Shown here: piece by piece, positions 62,849 through 64,000 of the stretch
How the letters are laid out: each line of letters begins with the position of its first letter
Numbering within the stretch: position 1 is the first letter of the stretch
NCBI RefSeq assembly: GCF_036365525.1
Contig: NW_027140807.1
Span: 124,001-188,000, forward strand
Direction of reading: 5' to 3'
DNA from: Heterodontus francisci
Lineage: Eukaryota
DNA length: 64,000 nt
Notes under the pieces: generated by a model
Seen by the model: only the letters and a program-made list of their open reading frames with translations
The model's database searches: none
What the model was told of the DNA's origin: nothing
Translations under genes and position numbers: made by a program

Positions 62849-64000
62849 GATTTCTTCACCCGATACCAACTCGATGTGTGAACGTGTGGAGTTTTCAACA
62901 ACACACTTGCAGGCGGTTTCTATATTATATCCAATTAAATACCCAGCATCCGGTTGTCATTGTGATTGGCAGTCACTTACTGCGACACTCTGCTCCACCC
63001 CATTACTTTGTATAGCAATGTTGTAGAATGATACAACTTAGGAGGATAGGGGGAGATTGAATAGAGGTGTTCACATTTCAGAAAGCGCTTTGATAGAGTA
63101 TAATTCAGGGAAGCAACCCTCTATACCCAGAGAGTGTGCCCATCCCTTATTGCCTCTGAGAAGGTGGTGGTGAACCATCTTCGGGAATTACCTGCTGGGC
63201 CATATCAGAGGGCAGTTAATAGTCAACTACATTGCTGTGGGTCTGCAGTCACATATAGGCCAGACCGGGTAAGAATGGCAGATTTCCTTCCCTGAAGGTC
63301 ATCAATGAATACGTTAGGTTTTTACGACACTCCATGTTCAGAATTGCTCTTACTTTCCATTACAGATTTTATTTATTTACTTAATTAAATTTAAATTCAA
63401 TTTCTGCCCTGGTGAGAATTGAACTCATGTCTGGGGATCATTAGTCCAGGCCTCTGGATTACTAGTCCAGTAACATAACTGCTCTGCTACCGTGCCTCCT
63501 TGCTGAATGGCGGTTAAAGGGTTAAATTGTTCACTGGTCTGAACTGCTAGTTTCTTTGAAGAACACATCAAATGTGACTCGAGTCGAAGATGAAAGTGGG
63601 TAAAGAGTTTTCAGCAGCTTCTGAACTGGAGAGGGGTCTCACTTTGAACAGTGTGAAACAGCGCTCAGATGGTTAATGGTTCTGTGCTGAGTTAGTTCCT
63701 GTGCATGAGGGGGTTGTTCGCCTCTGTGTAGTGAAGTTTAGAGGGAGATTAACCAGACTGGTATCAGGGATGAGGGACTTCAGTTACTGTGGAGAGACTG
63801 GAGAAGCTGGGGGTTTCTGCCCTTGGAGCAGAGAAGGTTAATGGTAGATGTGATACAGATATTGAAGATCATAGAGGATTTTGATAGATAATTGATGACT
63901 AACCACATCTTCTACTGGTCAAGATATAGAAAATCTATGAAAAGATAGTCATTCATTACATTACTGCAGTCTGTTTAATTAGTTCATACAAACTGTAATT

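Overview
Eukaryotic, not microbial: a cartilaginous-fish (shark-like) genomic window containing part of a T-cell receptor variable-gene array, best matching TCR beta. There are 13 leader-intron-V genes, all on the minus strand, in 6 subgroups, each followed by a 23-bp-spacer recombination signal sequence (RSS). Eleven look functional. One (58173-58624) has lost Cys23 and its RSS heptamer, and one (62024-62848) has a broken RSS. There is also an orphan V 3' end with an RSS and two orphan leader remnants. No D, J or C segment was found. Downstream of the array (to the left) lie an intact two-exon GPR139-like GPCR gene and a 174-nt exon-like segment bounded by perfect 16-bp inverted repeats. The rest is segmental duplications, CR1/RTE LINEs, SINEs, minisatellites and three N-gaps. 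The most notable non-coding signals are: tandem 45-bp arrays of CTCF-consensus motifs beside the RSSs of one V subgroup; a divergent CTCF-like cluster at about 2.5-2.8 kb; and an AP-1 consensus across the heptamer/spacer junction of the CAW-type V RSSs. All calls were made by eye and family names come from recalled motifs, with no database searches. Repeat boundaries are approximate.
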